From an uncultured Candidatus Saccharibacteria bacterium (lineage in GTDB: Bacteria; Patescibacteriota; Minisyncoccia; Phycocordibacterales; PALSA-1337), in assembly GCA_964596595.1 (NCBI GenBank), contig CAZQUI010000003.1:979-64978 (forward strand): DNA of 64,000 bases, written 5' to 3'. The notes below the pieces were generated by a model. It did no database searches. It worked only from the letters and a program-made list of their open reading frames with translations, and had not been told where the DNA came from. The position numbers and the translations under genes were made by a program. Within the stretch, counting starts at the first letter, position 1. The number at the start of each line of letters is the position of its first letter. This document shows, in pieces, positions 28,885 through 38,840 of this stretch.

Positions 28885-30939
28885 TTACTTTTTAGCCTTA
28901 TTTTTTTTATCATTCTTATTAATTCCCATTTTTTCTTGTAAGACAAATAGCTCATCTCGAATTAGGGCTGCAGTTTCAAAATCTAAATTCTTAACAGCTT
29001 CAGACATAGCCTCTTCTTTTTGTTTTAATAACTTTTCCGGATCTGTGCGAGCCATTTCTTCATCAATTTTAACTAATTCATTTACAGCTTTATCATGATC
29101 ACTTTTTAGATGATCAGTAATATCATGTATAACTTTTTTAATTGTTGCCGGAGTAATATTGTGTTTAATATTATAAGCAATTTGCATACTACGACGACGA
29201 TCAGTTTCTCTAATAGCCCTATCAATAGAACCGGTTATATTATCAGCATAAAGTATAACTCTACCAGCTGCATTACGTGCCGCGCGACCGATAGTTTGGA
29301 TAAGAGCTGTTTCAGAACGAAGAAAACCTTCTTTATCGGCATCTAAAATACCGATCAAAGAAACTTCTGGAAGATCCAAACCTTCACGGAGCAAGTTAAC
29401 TCCAACCAAGCAATCATAAACACCTTTACGAAAATCAGTCAGAATAGAAATTCTCTCCATGATTTTTATATCTGAATGTAAATAAGCCGATTTCATACCC
29501 TTTTCTTTTAGAAATTCAGTCAAATCTTCAGCCATCTTTTTTGTGAGAGTAGTAGCCAAAACACGATCACCTTTTTTTATGGTTTCAACTGCTTCATCAA
29601 TAAAATCAAATATTTGACCTTTATATTTACCTTTTTCAACAACAGGTTTTATATCTACAATTGGATCAATTAGTCCTGTGGGTCTGATAACTTGTTCAAC
29701 TGTTTGTTTACTAGTCTCTCGTTCATAGTTACCTGGTGTAGCTGAGGTATATATCATTGGTCCAATACGTTCCAGAAATTCATTAAATTTTAGTGGTCGA
29801 TTATCTTTTGCTGAAGGTAATCTAAAACCATGTTCCACCAAAGTATCTTTTCTCGAAGCGTCACCAGCATACATCCCATTAAGTTGTGGAATTGTCACAT
29901 GAGATTCATCAACAATTGTCAAAAAATCTGCCTTACCGTCGGGTGTATGTGGAAAATAAGCCAAAAGCGAATCGGGCGGATCACCAGGCATTTTTCCCGA
30001 AAAATGACGCGAGTAATTTTCAATACCATTGGTATAACCAATTTCTCTAATCATAGATAAATCATATTTAACCCTGCGCTTTAAACGTTCCGCCTCCAGT
30101 ATTTTACCGGCTTTCTCTAATTCTTTTAATCTTTCGGTTAATTCAGCTTGAATAGTTTTTACAGCCCGTTCACTTTGTTCGTCAGAACTAATAAAATGTT
30201 TGGCAGGAAAAATAAATATTGTCTCATGACTTCCTCGTACTCCGCGAGTAACGGGATCAAGCTCGGTAATATTTCCAATACCGCTGCCTTCATATTCGAT
30301 ACGATATATCGTTTTTTCATTCACCGGCATGAGCTCGAGCATATTTCCCAGTGCACGAAATTGACCAGGATTTATATCTGCGGTGGTTCTCTCGAAGTGA
30401 ATATCGATTAACTTACGAATAAGCTCAGCTCGAGAAAGTTCCATTTTTACCGATAATTTCAAATTAACTTTTTCATATTCTTCAGGACTACCTAAACCGT
30501 ATATACACGATACAGAAGCAACAATAATCACGTCTTTTCTAGTAAGCAAGGCCTGAGTAGAAGCGTGACGCAACCGTTCGATCTCTTCATTGATCATAGC
30601 TTCTTTTTCTATGTACGTATCTGAAGAAGGAATGTACGCTTCTGGCTGATAATAATCATAATAAGAAACAAAATAGTGCACGGCATTTTCAGGGAAAAAT
30701 TCACGATATTCTTGAGCCAGTTGAGCAGCAAGGGTTTTATTGTGGGCAATAACCAGCGTTGGTTTTCCATACTGAGCAATGACATTGGCCATAGTAAAAG
30801 TTTTACCCGATCCAGTAACACCCAGCAAAGTTTGTCTATCTAGTTTTTTTTCTAGACCCTTAACCAAAGCTTCAATAGCCTTAGGTTGATCGCCAGCAGG
30901 CTTCAGAGTCGTGGCTATTTTAAAAAATAACTTGGCCAT
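28885..30939 (-). CDS. uvrB: excinuclease ABC subunit B
   Basis: QTLLGVTGSGKTFTMANVI Walker A; helicase motifs; C-terminal UVR domain (LIRDELFVLQEKM). Confidence 0.95.
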   Translation of the reverse strand: MAKLFFKIATTLKPAGDQPKAIEALVKGLEKKLDRQTLLGVTGSGKTFTMANVIAQYGKPTLVIAHNKTLAAQLAQEYREFFPENAVHYFVSYYDYYQPEAYIPSSDTYIEKEAMINEEIERLRHASTQALLTRKDVIIVASVSCIYGLGSPEEYEKVNLKLSVKMELSRAELIRKLIDIHFERTTADINPGQFRALGNMLELMPVNEKTIYRIEYEGSGIGNITELDPVTRGVRGSHETIFIFPAKHFISSDEQSERAVKTIQAELTERLKELEKAGKILEAERLKRRVKYDLSMIREIGYTNGIENYSRHFSGKMPGDPPDSLLAYFPHTPDGKADFLTIVDESHVTIPQLNGMYAGDASRKDTLVEHGFRLPSAKDNRPLKFNEFLERIGPMIYTSATPGNYERETSKQTVEQVIRPTGLIDPIVDIKPVVEKGKYKGQIFDFIDEAVETIKKGDRVLATTLTKKMAEDLTEFLKEKGMKSAYLHSDIKIMERISILTDFRKGVYDCLVGVNLLREGLDLPEVSLIGILDADKEGFLRSETALIQTIGRAARNAAGRVILYADNITGSIDRAIRETDRRRSMQIAYNIKHNITPATIKKVIHDITDHLKSDHDKAVNELVKIDEEMARTDPEKLLKQKEEAMSEAVKNLDFETAALIRDELFVLQEKMGINKNDKKNKAKK

Positions 30940-31007
30940 ATTATTAGGTTACCATGTGATATAAGATTGAGCGAGGACTTAATTAATTATTTTTATAATT
31001 AAAAAAA

Positions 31008-31020
31008 CCGCCATAGGCGG
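31008..31020. terminator. weak bidirectional hairpin (ccgcc-ata-ggcgg) flanked by A-runs
   Basis: 5-bp stem with A7 upstream and A6 downstream; between the small ORF / tkt genes and uvrB. Confidence 0.3.
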
Positions 31021-31058
31021 GTGAAAAAACATCATCATCTGATCAAAAATTTAATTTT

Positions 31059-31229
31059 CGTCATTTTCTCCAGAAATTTCTTCTGGAATAATGCGCGAGG
31101 TTAAATCTAATGGAGTGTATCGAGACAATTTGGGACTTTCTTTCGATCCGTATCCTTCATAATCCCCTCCATCTGGTTGAGGTTCTTCGAGCACGGTGCG
31201 AATATTTAAGGATGACATACGTATTTCCT
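31059..31229 (-). CDS. possible small acidic protein (56 aa)
   Basis: My own translation: MSSLNIRTVLEEPQPDGGDYEGYGSKESPKLSRYTPLDLTSRIIPEEISGENDEN. The SD is weak. Confidence 0.25.
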
Positions 31230-31293
31230 AGATGTATCCGTCAGTCCAGATAATAGTATATCAAAATCAAGAATAATGAGGAAAGCGAATAGT

Positions 31294-32325
31294 TCAGTTT
31301 TTTCGCATCATCACTTTACTCACGGCAGCGTGAATATGCTTTTCACCCATACCATAATGTTCAATAAGTTCATCGGGCTTGCCTGATTGCCCAAATTGAT
31401 CTTTTACCCCAATGAATTCTATGGGTACCGGAAAATGAGCCGCTAAACATTCAGCAACTGCTGAGCCCATACCTCCGGCTATTTGGTGTTCTTCGACAGT
31501 AACAATAGCTCGACTGGCGTGTGCAAGTGCCAATATCGCGTGTTCATCAAGGGGTTTTATAGTGGAAAGATTAATGACTGCAACTTTTTTTCCATGAGTA
31601 TCAAGTTCGTGAGCCACTCGTAAGGCTTTGTGTAGGAGTGCTCCGGTAGCAATAATTCCTACATCAAGGATAGAAATATTTGGATCTTTATTTACTTCAC
31701 TTTTATTCAACCGTGAATCAAAAACAATCTGTGCTTTCCCTATTTCAAAAGGCGTATCTTCAGTGGTCATGATAGGAGTCTTTTCTCGAGCTAAGCGAAT
31801 ATAGGTAGGATCAGTAATTTGAGCTGCAGCAAGAGTTGCTTTTCGAGCTTCAATAGAATCACATGGAGAAATCACCACCATTCTCGGTATAACCCGAGTA
31901 ATAGTAATGTCCTCTATAGCCTGATGAGTGCCACCATCTGGACCAACTGATATACCAGCATGTGAACCGGCAATTTTTACCGGTTGATTGTTATAACAAA
32001 TAGTGGTACGAATCTGTTCCCAATTACGTCCTGGACTAAACATGGCATATGAAGTCATAAATGGAATTTTACCCATTGCCGCCATACCAGAAGCTACCGC
32101 TGCCAAATTTTGTTCAGCCACGCCGATTTCGATAAATCTCTCAGGAAACTTTTCTTTAAACTTGAGCATTTGGGTAGACTCTGTAAGATCGGCACACAGT
32201 CCCACTACTCGCACGTCTGCTTCGGCTGCTTTGAGTAATCCTTCTCCAAAACCTTTACGAATAGGAATCTGTTCGACATCTGCATCGAACATTTTTTGAT
32301 TGAGTTTTAGGGATTGGTTAAGCAT
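31294..32325 (-). CDS. tkt: transketolase, C-terminal (pyrimidine-binding) subunit of a split transketolase
   Basis: FIEIGVAEQNLAAVASGMAAMGKIPF...SHAGISVGPDGGTHQAIEDI. The start is placed at the internal MLNQSL. Confidence 0.85.
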   Translation of the reverse strand: MLNQSLKLNQKMFDADVEQIPIRKGFGEGLLKAAEADVRVVGLCADLTESTQMLKFKEKFPERFIEIGVAEQNLAAVASGMAAMGKIPFMTSYAMFSPGRNWEQIRTTICYNNQPVKIAGSHAGISVGPDGGTHQAIEDITITRVIPRMVVISPCDSIEARKATLAAAQITDPTYIRLAREKTPIMTTEDTPFEIGKAQIVFDSRLNKSEVNKDPNISILDVGIIATGALLHKALRVAHELDTHGKKVAVINLSTIKPLDEHAILALAHASRAIVTVEEHQIAGGMGSAVAECLAAHFPVPIEFIGVKDQFGQSGKPDELIEHYGMGEKHIHAAVSKVMMRKN

Positions 32326-32333
32326 TATATTTT

Positions 32334-32594
32334 CTATTTTATATACAAAGCAGCAAAGACTGAAGTTAAAACAAAAACTAATAAAATCCATCCCTCCACC
32401 TGACGAATAGCCAAATCTCTTTTTGTTTGTCTAAAATTATAACTAGCTTTTTTATTAAAAATAAGAGTTATTCCCAAAGTTAAACAAATAAGTAAAAAGA
32501 TAGCGGTACACCAGAATGTATTGGGCTGATTAATATACAAATATCCCGCTCCGATAATAAAGGCAAATTTTAAAATTATTTCAAAGTGTCGCAT
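32334..32594 (-). CDS. small two-TM membrane protein (86 aa) between the transketolase halves
   Basis: Two hydrophobic helices; it fits exactly between the tkt N-subunit and C-subunit genes. Confidence 0.4.
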   Translation of the reverse strand: MRHFEIILKFAFIIGAGYLYINQPNTFWCTAIFLLICLTLGITLIFNKKASYNFRQTKRDLAIRQVEGWILLVFVLTSVFAALYIK

Positions 32595-32604
32595 ATTTTT
32601 TAAA

Positions 32605-33486
32605 TTAATTACTATGTCCCGCCTCCACCTTTCCGCCCATTGTCCTTATATTCTTTAACGCATTTCTAGCGGTCTCTATTTCTTGCGGCGTTGTAGGTGG
32701 TTTACCGTGCCATTCATATTGTCGTTCAAATTCTGGAATACCTTTTGATGGAATAGTATTTGCAATAATAACTGTTGGTCTATCAAAAACAGCATGCGCC
32801 TCGCCAACTGCTCGGTCAATATCTCGAAAATTATGACCATCGATCTCTACTACATGCCAGTTCCAACTACGCCATTTATCTGCCAAAGGATTAAGCGGCA
32901 TAATATCTTCGGTAAAACCATCAATTTGGATATTATTACGATCAATTATGGCTGTAACGTTTTGTAATTTTTCTTTACCGGCAAGCATTGCTGCTTCCCA
33001 ATTGTTACCCGCATTAAGTTCCCCATCACCCATAAGACAGTAAAATTGTTTACCCGACATACGACCACTATCGATACGATCGGCCAATGCCATGCCGACT
33101 GTTTGTGACAATCCTGAACCCAAAGGTCCAGAAGAAGTTTCGAGTGAGGACAAAAAATCACGATGTGGGTGACCCTGAAGAATAGAACCGAATTTTCTTA
33201 ACGTTTGTAATTTTTCTAAAGGAAAATAGCCAGCATGAGCCATAGTGGCATACAATACGGGACAAATATGACCATTGGAAAGTATCAGGCGATCACGATA
33301 TTCCCAAGCAGGATTTTTTGGATCATGCTTAAGAGCATGAAAATACAAATAGGTAAAAATATCAGCCATATCCAATGGACCAGCTGTATGACCGCTCTTT
33401 GCTTCAATCAAAGATTCAATAATAGATTTACGGATTTCAAGAGCTTTATTTTCTAGGAAAGCAACTTTTTCATCAGTGAGAGACAT
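32605..33486 (-). CDS. tkt: transketolase, N-terminal (TPP-binding) subunit
   Basis: GHTAGPLDMADIF...GHICPVLYA...GDGELNAGNNWEAAMLAG (GDG-X-N TPP motif). Confidence 0.85.
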   Translation of the reverse strand: MSLTDEKVAFLENKALEIRKSIIESLIEAKSGHTAGPLDMADIFTYLYFHALKHDPKNPAWEYRDRLILSNGHICPVLYATMAHAGYFPLEKLQTLRKFGSILQGHPHRDFLSSLETSSGPLGSGLSQTVGMALADRIDSGRMSGKQFYCLMGDGELNAGNNWEAAMLAGKEKLQNVTAIIDRNNIQIDGFTEDIMPLNPLADKWRSWNWHVVEIDGHNFRDIDRAVGEAHAVFDRPTVIIANTIPSKGIPEFERQYEWHGKPPTTPQEIETARNALKNIRTMGGKVEAGHSN

Positions 33487-33525
33487 TACTCAAATTATAC
33501 CATAACAAAAAAATACAAACTTCAA

Positions 33526-34212
33526 CTAAGAATTTAACTTCTTAAATTTTTGCAAAGCCTCGATCGGATTATCACTACCAAATATAGTTGAACCTACCAC
33601 CAAGCGATCTACACCAGCTTCAATAAGTAAAGGGGCTGTTTCTAGAGAAACTCCACCGTCTACTGAGATAGAAAGGTCGGGATACTTTGACTTCACTTCC
33701 CTGACTCGCTCTATAACTTTTTCATTAAAATGTTGACCCTGAAAACCAATATGATCTATTCCCATAAGTTGAACGCACTGGATTTTATCTTGATATGATT
33801 CAATCAAATCCAAAGAAGTTTCCATGGCTAAGGCCAAACCAATTTCTACTCTTCCATTTAAACTAGAGATTGCACCAGCCACATCGCCCCTAGCTTCAGC
33901 GTGAATAATAATTCTCTGAGCCCCCGCTATCACCCAATCTTCGATAACTTTTTCAGGATGATTGACCATGAGATCGATCTCAAAATTTGTTTTTTCCCAA
34001 CCCGGTAAGCCAATTTCTTCACGAAGAATTTTTTCAAATGAATCATCTTGTTTTTTATAAGGCCAAGTAGCATTTTGAACAAACTGACCATCACAAATAT
34101 CTATCTGCACATTTTTGGTCAGACCTTGGACAAGACCCATTTTTTCTTCAACTTCAGCAAAATCTTTTGGTAATATTGCGGGTATAATTTCTATTTTCAT
34201 ATTTTTACTCAA
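33526..34212 (-). CDS. rpe: ribulose-phosphate 3-epimerase-like (divergent)
   Basis: IIPAILPKDF, VQIDICDGQFVQN, GIDHIGFQGQ and VVGSTIF align with Rpe motifs IAPSILSADF, HxDVMDGHFVPN, NPGFGGQ and VAGSAIF. Confidence 0.65.
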   Translation of the reverse strand: MSKNMKIEIIPAILPKDFAEVEEKMGLVQGLTKNVQIDICDGQFVQNATWPYKKQDDSFEKILREEIGLPGWEKTNFEIDLMVNHPEKVIEDWVIAGAQRIIIHAEARGDVAGAISSLNGRVEIGLALAMETSLDLIESYQDKIQCVQLMGIDHIGFQGQHFNEKVIERVREVKSKYPDLSISVDGGVSLETAPLLIEAGVDRLVVGSTIFGSDNPIEALQKFKKLNS

Positions 34213-34663
34213 TACTATCTATCTGTTTATTTCTTCTTTCATGTCTTTCATCTCCACTAAAATTTGTACCCAGCCACATCTCGACTGCATTTTTTGCTTC
34301 TTCTTCACTGACAAAACGAGCACCGATAGATAAGACATTTGCATCATTATGTTCACGAGAAAGTTTTATAATATCCATATTTCCACCATACCAAACTGTA
34401 GCACGCACTCCGGGAAAACGATTGGCAACTATAGCTTCCCCTTGTCCTGATCCTCCAAAAATAACAGCTTTTGTCCCTCCCTCCATGTCTTGGGCAACTT
34501 TGAGAGCTGCGTCAGCCATATACGTTGGATAATCATCTCCTTCGGTCAGTTTGTGAGCACCAACATCGAGAATTTTGTGACCATTTTTTTCTAGAAATGA
34601 CTTTATATTTTCTTTGAGGTTAAAGCCTGCATGATCGGCAGCCAGAATGATTTTTTGCTTCAT
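34205..34663 (-). CDS. rpiB: ribose-5-phosphate isomerase B
   Basis: RpiB/LacAB family: ILAADHAGFNLKE...GGSGQGEAIVANRFPGVRA. Confidence 0.85.
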   Translation of the reverse strand: MKQKIILAADHAGFNLKENIKSFLEKNGHKILDVGAHKLTEGDDYPTYMADAALKVAQDMEGGTKAVIFGGSGQGEAIVANRFPGVRATVWYGGNMDIIKLSREHNDANVLSIGARFVSEEEAKNAVEMWLGTNFSGDERHERRNKQIDSIE

Positions 34664-34690
34664 AATGAAAGTCTATCACTTTTTGAATAT

Positions 34691-35020
34691 TTATGCAGTT
34701 TTGATACCAAGATGGTTGATAATCAAATGTAACATTGATTCTATTGTGCCCATCTTTGATTCAAGTTTATCAATTCGATCATTAATCTTAGCGAACTCAC
34801 TATATACATTATCAAACTTAGCATCTATTTCATAAAACTTTGTATATATTTCATCAAACTTAGCATCTATTTCATTAAACTTAGCATAAACTTTATCAAA
34901 CTGACTCAACATAATCTCTGTGAGATTCTCAAATTTCTGATCATTAGCAATAATGAAACGATTAAACTCATCGTAAGTTACGTATCTATGTTGTTTATTT
35001 TCTATAGTCATAATTGGCAT
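34691..35020 (-). CDS. heptad-repeat coiled-coil protein
   Basis: Six consecutive 7-residue repeats (AKFNEID AKFDEIY TKFYEID AKFDNVY SEFAKIN DRIDKLE), encoded by 21-nt tandem DNA repeats. Confidence 0.5.
   Translation of the reverse strand: MPIMTIENKQHRYVTYDEFNRFIIANDQKFENLTEIMLSQFDKVYAKFNEIDAKFDEIYTKFYEIDAKFDNVYSEFAKINDRIDKLESKMGTIESMLHLIINHLGIKTA
34811..34896. repeat. four imperfect 21-nt tandem repeats (unit about caaacttagcatctatttcat)
   Basis: Visible directly in the DNA inside the 34691-35020 ORF. Confidence 0.7.
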
Positions 35021-35331
35021 AAATTAATTATATTATTTATTAATCTAAATTGTTTTTCAGCCGGCAAGCATATAAAACATATTTGAAGAAATACAATATA
35101 TGATAATTATAGTATACATGCAAAAATAATCACAACTTCCACAGTTGAGTATTTTGTTTTGGAGTAATAAAAATTGTTTCTTATACCAACCAGCACTCAC
35201 ATTTTCTAAACTCTATAATTCAAGTGTAAAAGAGGTGGCGTGTTGGTGTTCTTATTTGGATATAAAAATACTGCTAAATCACAAGCCTATTACTGACGAA
35301 TAGTAAAGACATCTAACATATGAGATCTAAT

Positions 35332-35664
35332 CTATTGAGTAACAACTTTATCTTTATCCCTAATTTTCTCGTATAACCAACCCAAGATTGAACCGAGAAT
35401 GAAGTAAAAAATAATTTCTATAAAATAAATCAGAAATGGAATTTGTACTAAACCTTGAAGAAGTGGACTTACAGGCACCAAATAATTTAATGGGAATGAC
35501 ACTAACCAATTTAATAGACTGCTAATCAGATGAATTGAGGGTGGATATTGTATCTGATAAATAATAATCGTAGCGAAATCAAATATGCTCCCTAAAATAG
35601 CTACTGAAAGATATACAACCGCAAACTTCTTTCCCATTCTAGACAAATGTATTTTTTGATTCAT
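35332..35664 (-). CDS. hypothetical integral membrane protein (110 aa, 3-4 TM)
   Basis: Hydrophobic helices throughout. Confidence 0.5.
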   Translation of the reverse strand: MNQKIHLSRMGKKFAVVYLSVAILGSIFDFATIIIYQIQYPPSIHLISSLLNWLVSFPLNYLVPVSPLLQGLVQIPFLIYFIEIIFYFILGSILGWLYEKIRDKDKVVTQ

Positions 35665-35677
35665 AAATTTAAACTAT

Positions 35678-36703
35678 TTAAACCAATCTCCCTACCTTAA
35701 TAACATGCCTCACGAGTGTATTCGTATACCCCATCTCATTGTCATACCATGACATAACCTTGACGAGATTACCATCTACCACACGTGTCATTTCTAGATC
35801 TGCAATAGAAGCATGAGGATTGCCAACAATGTCATGAGAAACTAATGGTTCTTCGGTAACAGTAAAAATACCCTTCCAACGAGGTTCATTGGCAGCTTTT
35901 TTGAGGATAGTATTTACTTCTTCTGCAGATGTATTTTTCTTAGAAAGAAATGTGACGTCGACGATAGAGCCGGTGACTACTGGTACACGAATAGATATAC
36001 CATCGAACTTACCAGCAAGCTGGGTAGCAACTTTTGTAACTGCAATAGCGGCACCAGTAGAAGAAGGAACTATGTTCATGGCAGCTGCACGACCTTCACG
36101 TAAATCTTTTTTGGAAGGACCATCGACGAGAGACTGCGAAGCCGTGTATCCATGAACGGTATTTAAAACAGCTTTTTCTATACCCAAAGCTTCATCTAAG
36201 ATAGCGATAAGTGGTGAACCAGCATTGGTTGTACAAGAGGCATTGGAACTGATCTGACTATTACCCAGCTTATCTTCATTCATACCCATAAGTACGGTGA
36301 CACCTTGTACCGTTGATGTTGGATCATCTTTGATAGGCGCAGAAACGACTACTCTTTTAGCACCCGCTACGATATGAGCTTGAGCTTTCTCACTTGAGGT
36401 GAATAAACCCGTAGATTCGACAACAACGTCAATGTCTAAATCCTTCCACGGGAGTTTGGTTGGATCTTTTTCACTAATAAACTTTATTTCATGACCATCA
36501 ACAACTAGAGAGCTGCCATTTACTGATATATCAAAAGAACTAACACCATAGGCTGTGTCGTATTTCAGAAGATAGGCGAAATTTTGGATATTTCCTAAAT
36601 CATTAACAGCTATTACTTCTACTTCTGGATTTTCTCGAGCCACTTTTACAAAAGCTCTACCGATGCGACCGAAACCATTTATTGCTACGCGGATTTTTTT
36701 CAT
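35678..36703 (-). CDS. gap: glyceraldehyde-3-phosphate dehydrogenase
   Basis: INGFGRIGR Rossmann N-terminus; ASCTTN active-site motif. Confidence 0.95.
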   Translation of the reverse strand: MKKIRVAINGFGRIGRAFVKVARENPEVEVIAVNDLGNIQNFAYLLKYDTAYGVSSFDISVNGSSLVVDGHEIKFISEKDPTKLPWKDLDIDVVVESTGLFTSSEKAQAHIVAGAKRVVVSAPIKDDPTSTVQGVTVLMGMNEDKLGNSQISSNASCTTNAGSPLIAILDEALGIEKAVLNTVHGYTASQSLVDGPSKKDLREGRAAAMNIVPSSTGAAIAVTKVATQLAGKFDGISIRVPVVTGSIVDVTFLSKKNTSAEEVNTILKKAANEPRWKGIFTVTEEPLVSHDIVGNPHASIADLEMTRVVDGNLVKVMSWYDNEMGYTNTLVRHVIKVGRLV

Positions 36704-36792
36704 ATTATTTTCTATCTATAAATATGTGAGATATTGTACCATGTTCAAGCCTTAAAAAAGAACAAGCCATAGACTTGTTCTTTTTTAATTAT

Positions 36793-37341
36793 TTATTTCT
36801 TTATTATCTTGAAAGTAAATTTGTAATCTTCTTTTTTAATCTGAACTATAGAAACAGTACCGGGTATAACTGATACTAGCTCAATATTATAAGAACCAAT
36901 AGTTACCGATTGACCAAGTGTAAAATTTTGTTCAACTGGAACATTAGAAGTGTTAATGTTCGTACGCAATCGAACTGTACCCGCCTGAATACAAACTACA
37001 TCACGGGGACAACGACTATCTTCTAAAACTTCAATTGGGGTAATAGAAACTGAACCAATCGTTACTGTTTTGTTGATACTGGTTTGAATTGTAGTTGTAG
37101 CCAAAACTGGATCACCTACTGGACAAGCAGCAAATTCACAATGAGGACCTTGGCGACCAACATAAGAACCATCCGGACACATTTTTGCATCCATAGTACA
37201 AGCAACAGGTTCATCAACTAAAGGTATATTTGGTGTCTCAGCTGTAGGTACACCTAGGATGTTTCTAATACTTCCAGTAAGTGTAACCGCAATAAACAAT
37301 AAAACTATTAATCCAACTAAAACAAATATGCGTGATTTCAT
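36793..37341 (-). CDS. hypothetical secreted Cys-containing protein
   Basis: Signal peptide MKSRIFVLVGLIVLLFIAVTL; six or more Cys in the mature part. Confidence 0.5.
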   Translation of the reverse strand: MKSRIFVLVGLIVLLFIAVTLTGSIRNILGVPTAETPNIPLVDEPVACTMDAKMCPDGSYVGRQGPHCEFAACPVGDPVLATTTIQTSINKTVTIGSVSITPIEVLEDSRCPRDVVCIQAGTVRLRTNINTSNVPVEQNFTLGQSVTIGSYNIELVSVIPGTVSIVQIKKEDYKFTFKIIKK

Positions 37342-37409
37342 GTAAGTATAATAAACAGTAATATACTACTTATATTACCTTGCACGAACTCTTGCGTCTA
37401 TGTTTTATT

Positions 37410-38687
37410 TTATTCCAAAAATGTAAGAGCTTTACCTTTCTTACTTCCACGACCAGTACGACCAATGCGATGTACATAGTCTTCATAGGTGGCTGGTAAT
37501 TCAAAGTTGATAACATGACTCACATCGGCAATATCAAGACCACGAGCAGCCACATCGGTAGCAACAAGAATTTGAACGTTACCTTCTTTGAACAGACGCA
37601 GTGCTTGCTGACGTTTTGAATGGTTTTTATTACCATGGATTGATTCAGCTTTGAAACCTTTTTCAAGTAAGGTTTTACTCAGTTTTTCAACCCCATGTTT
37701 CGTACGACCAAAGATCAAAACCCTACTAAAGTCTTTTTGATTCAAAAGGTCATGCAACACATCCATCTTACTTTTACCCGGTACCATTTTCACAACATCT
37801 TGTTCGACGTTTTTCGATGTTTCACTGGTTTTGACAGAAATGCGAATAGGATTTTTGAGGAACTCTCCGATCAGACGTTCAATGTCAGCCGAAAGAGTGG
37901 CAGAAAAGAAGAGCGTGTGACGATCGGTTGGCATGAGGGACATGATAAAGCGCATGTCATTAACAAAGCCCATATCAAGCATACGATCAGCTTCATCGAG
38001 AACAATTGATTTGAAATCAACTGGCTTCAAAATTTTTCGATCAATAAGATCTTTGAGACGACCAGGAGTACCAATTACGAAATTATTTTTATAGCGTAAA
38101 GTAGCAATCTGTCTGCCGATTGGCATACCTCCAACACAACACGCGGAAAAGATGCCCATGCCTTTAACAAAAGCTTTAAGTTCTTGATCAATTTGTATTG
38201 CCAATTCTCGCGTTGGTACAATGATCAAAACATTTTCTTTTGGATTAACTAAAACTTTTTGAATAAGAGGGATAAGAAAAGCTGCAGTTTTACCAGTGCC
38301 CGTATTAGCAATCCCAACCAAGTCTAATCCTTTAAGAATGTGAGGAATAGTTTTGTCTTGGATAGGGGTTGGATCTTTGTAACCTTTTGCTGTAATGGTA
38401 GCCTTGAGACGTGGATCAATCGCAAAGTCTGTAAAGGCATGTTCTGGTTTAAAAACAGGAGCTTCTTCAGTGATAGTGGTCACCTTATTAATGAAACGTG
38501 ACGGATCAATATATTGACCCATACTGCCATTGCGACGACCACGATTACCGAATCGAGATTTATTTCTGTAACCAAAACCACCTCTTCCTGAAGAGATGTG
38601 GGAAGGACGAGGATGTTTGCCGAAACGAGATTTCCCGCCAAATGAACTGTGTGGTTTTGATGAACCACTTCTAAAATTATTATGCAT
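37410..38687 (-). CDS. DEAD-box ATP-dependent RNA helicase with a Gly/Arg-rich N-terminal tail
   Basis: Q-motif; GTGKTAAF Walker A; VLDEADRML (DEAD); SAT; HRIGRTGR. Confidence 0.9.
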   Translation of the reverse strand: MHNNFRSGSSKPHSSFGGKSRFGKHPRPSHISSGRGGFGYRNKSRFGNRGRRNGSMGQYIDPSRFINKVTTITEEAPVFKPEHAFTDFAIDPRLKATITAKGYKDPTPIQDKTIPHILKGLDLVGIANTGTGKTAAFLIPLIQKVLVNPKENVLIIVPTRELAIQIDQELKAFVKGMGIFSACCVGGMPIGRQIATLRYKNNFVIGTPGRLKDLIDRKILKPVDFKSIVLDEADRMLDMGFVNDMRFIMSLMPTDRHTLFFSATLSADIERLIGEFLKNPIRISVKTSETSKNVEQDVVKMVPGKSKMDVLHDLLNQKDFSRVLIFGRTKHGVEKLSKTLLEKGFKAESIHGNKNHSKRQQALRLFKEGNVQILVATDVAARGLDIADVSHVINFELPATYEDYVHRIGRTGRGSKKGKALTFLE

Positions 38688-38840
38688 AACTATCTAAAAA
38701 GAGAGAAAAACTCCCTAACCTTCTGCCTTTAAAATAATAGAGAATGGCAGTAGTCTCGTGAGTTTTTAGATACAAACTAGAAAACCAAGAGATATGAGGT
38801 TATACATATAATAATTCATTATAAAGAAAATGTCAAATGT

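Noticed and set aside
32003-32299. 98-aa plus-strand ORF
   Set aside because: It is antisense to the transketolase C-subunit gene.
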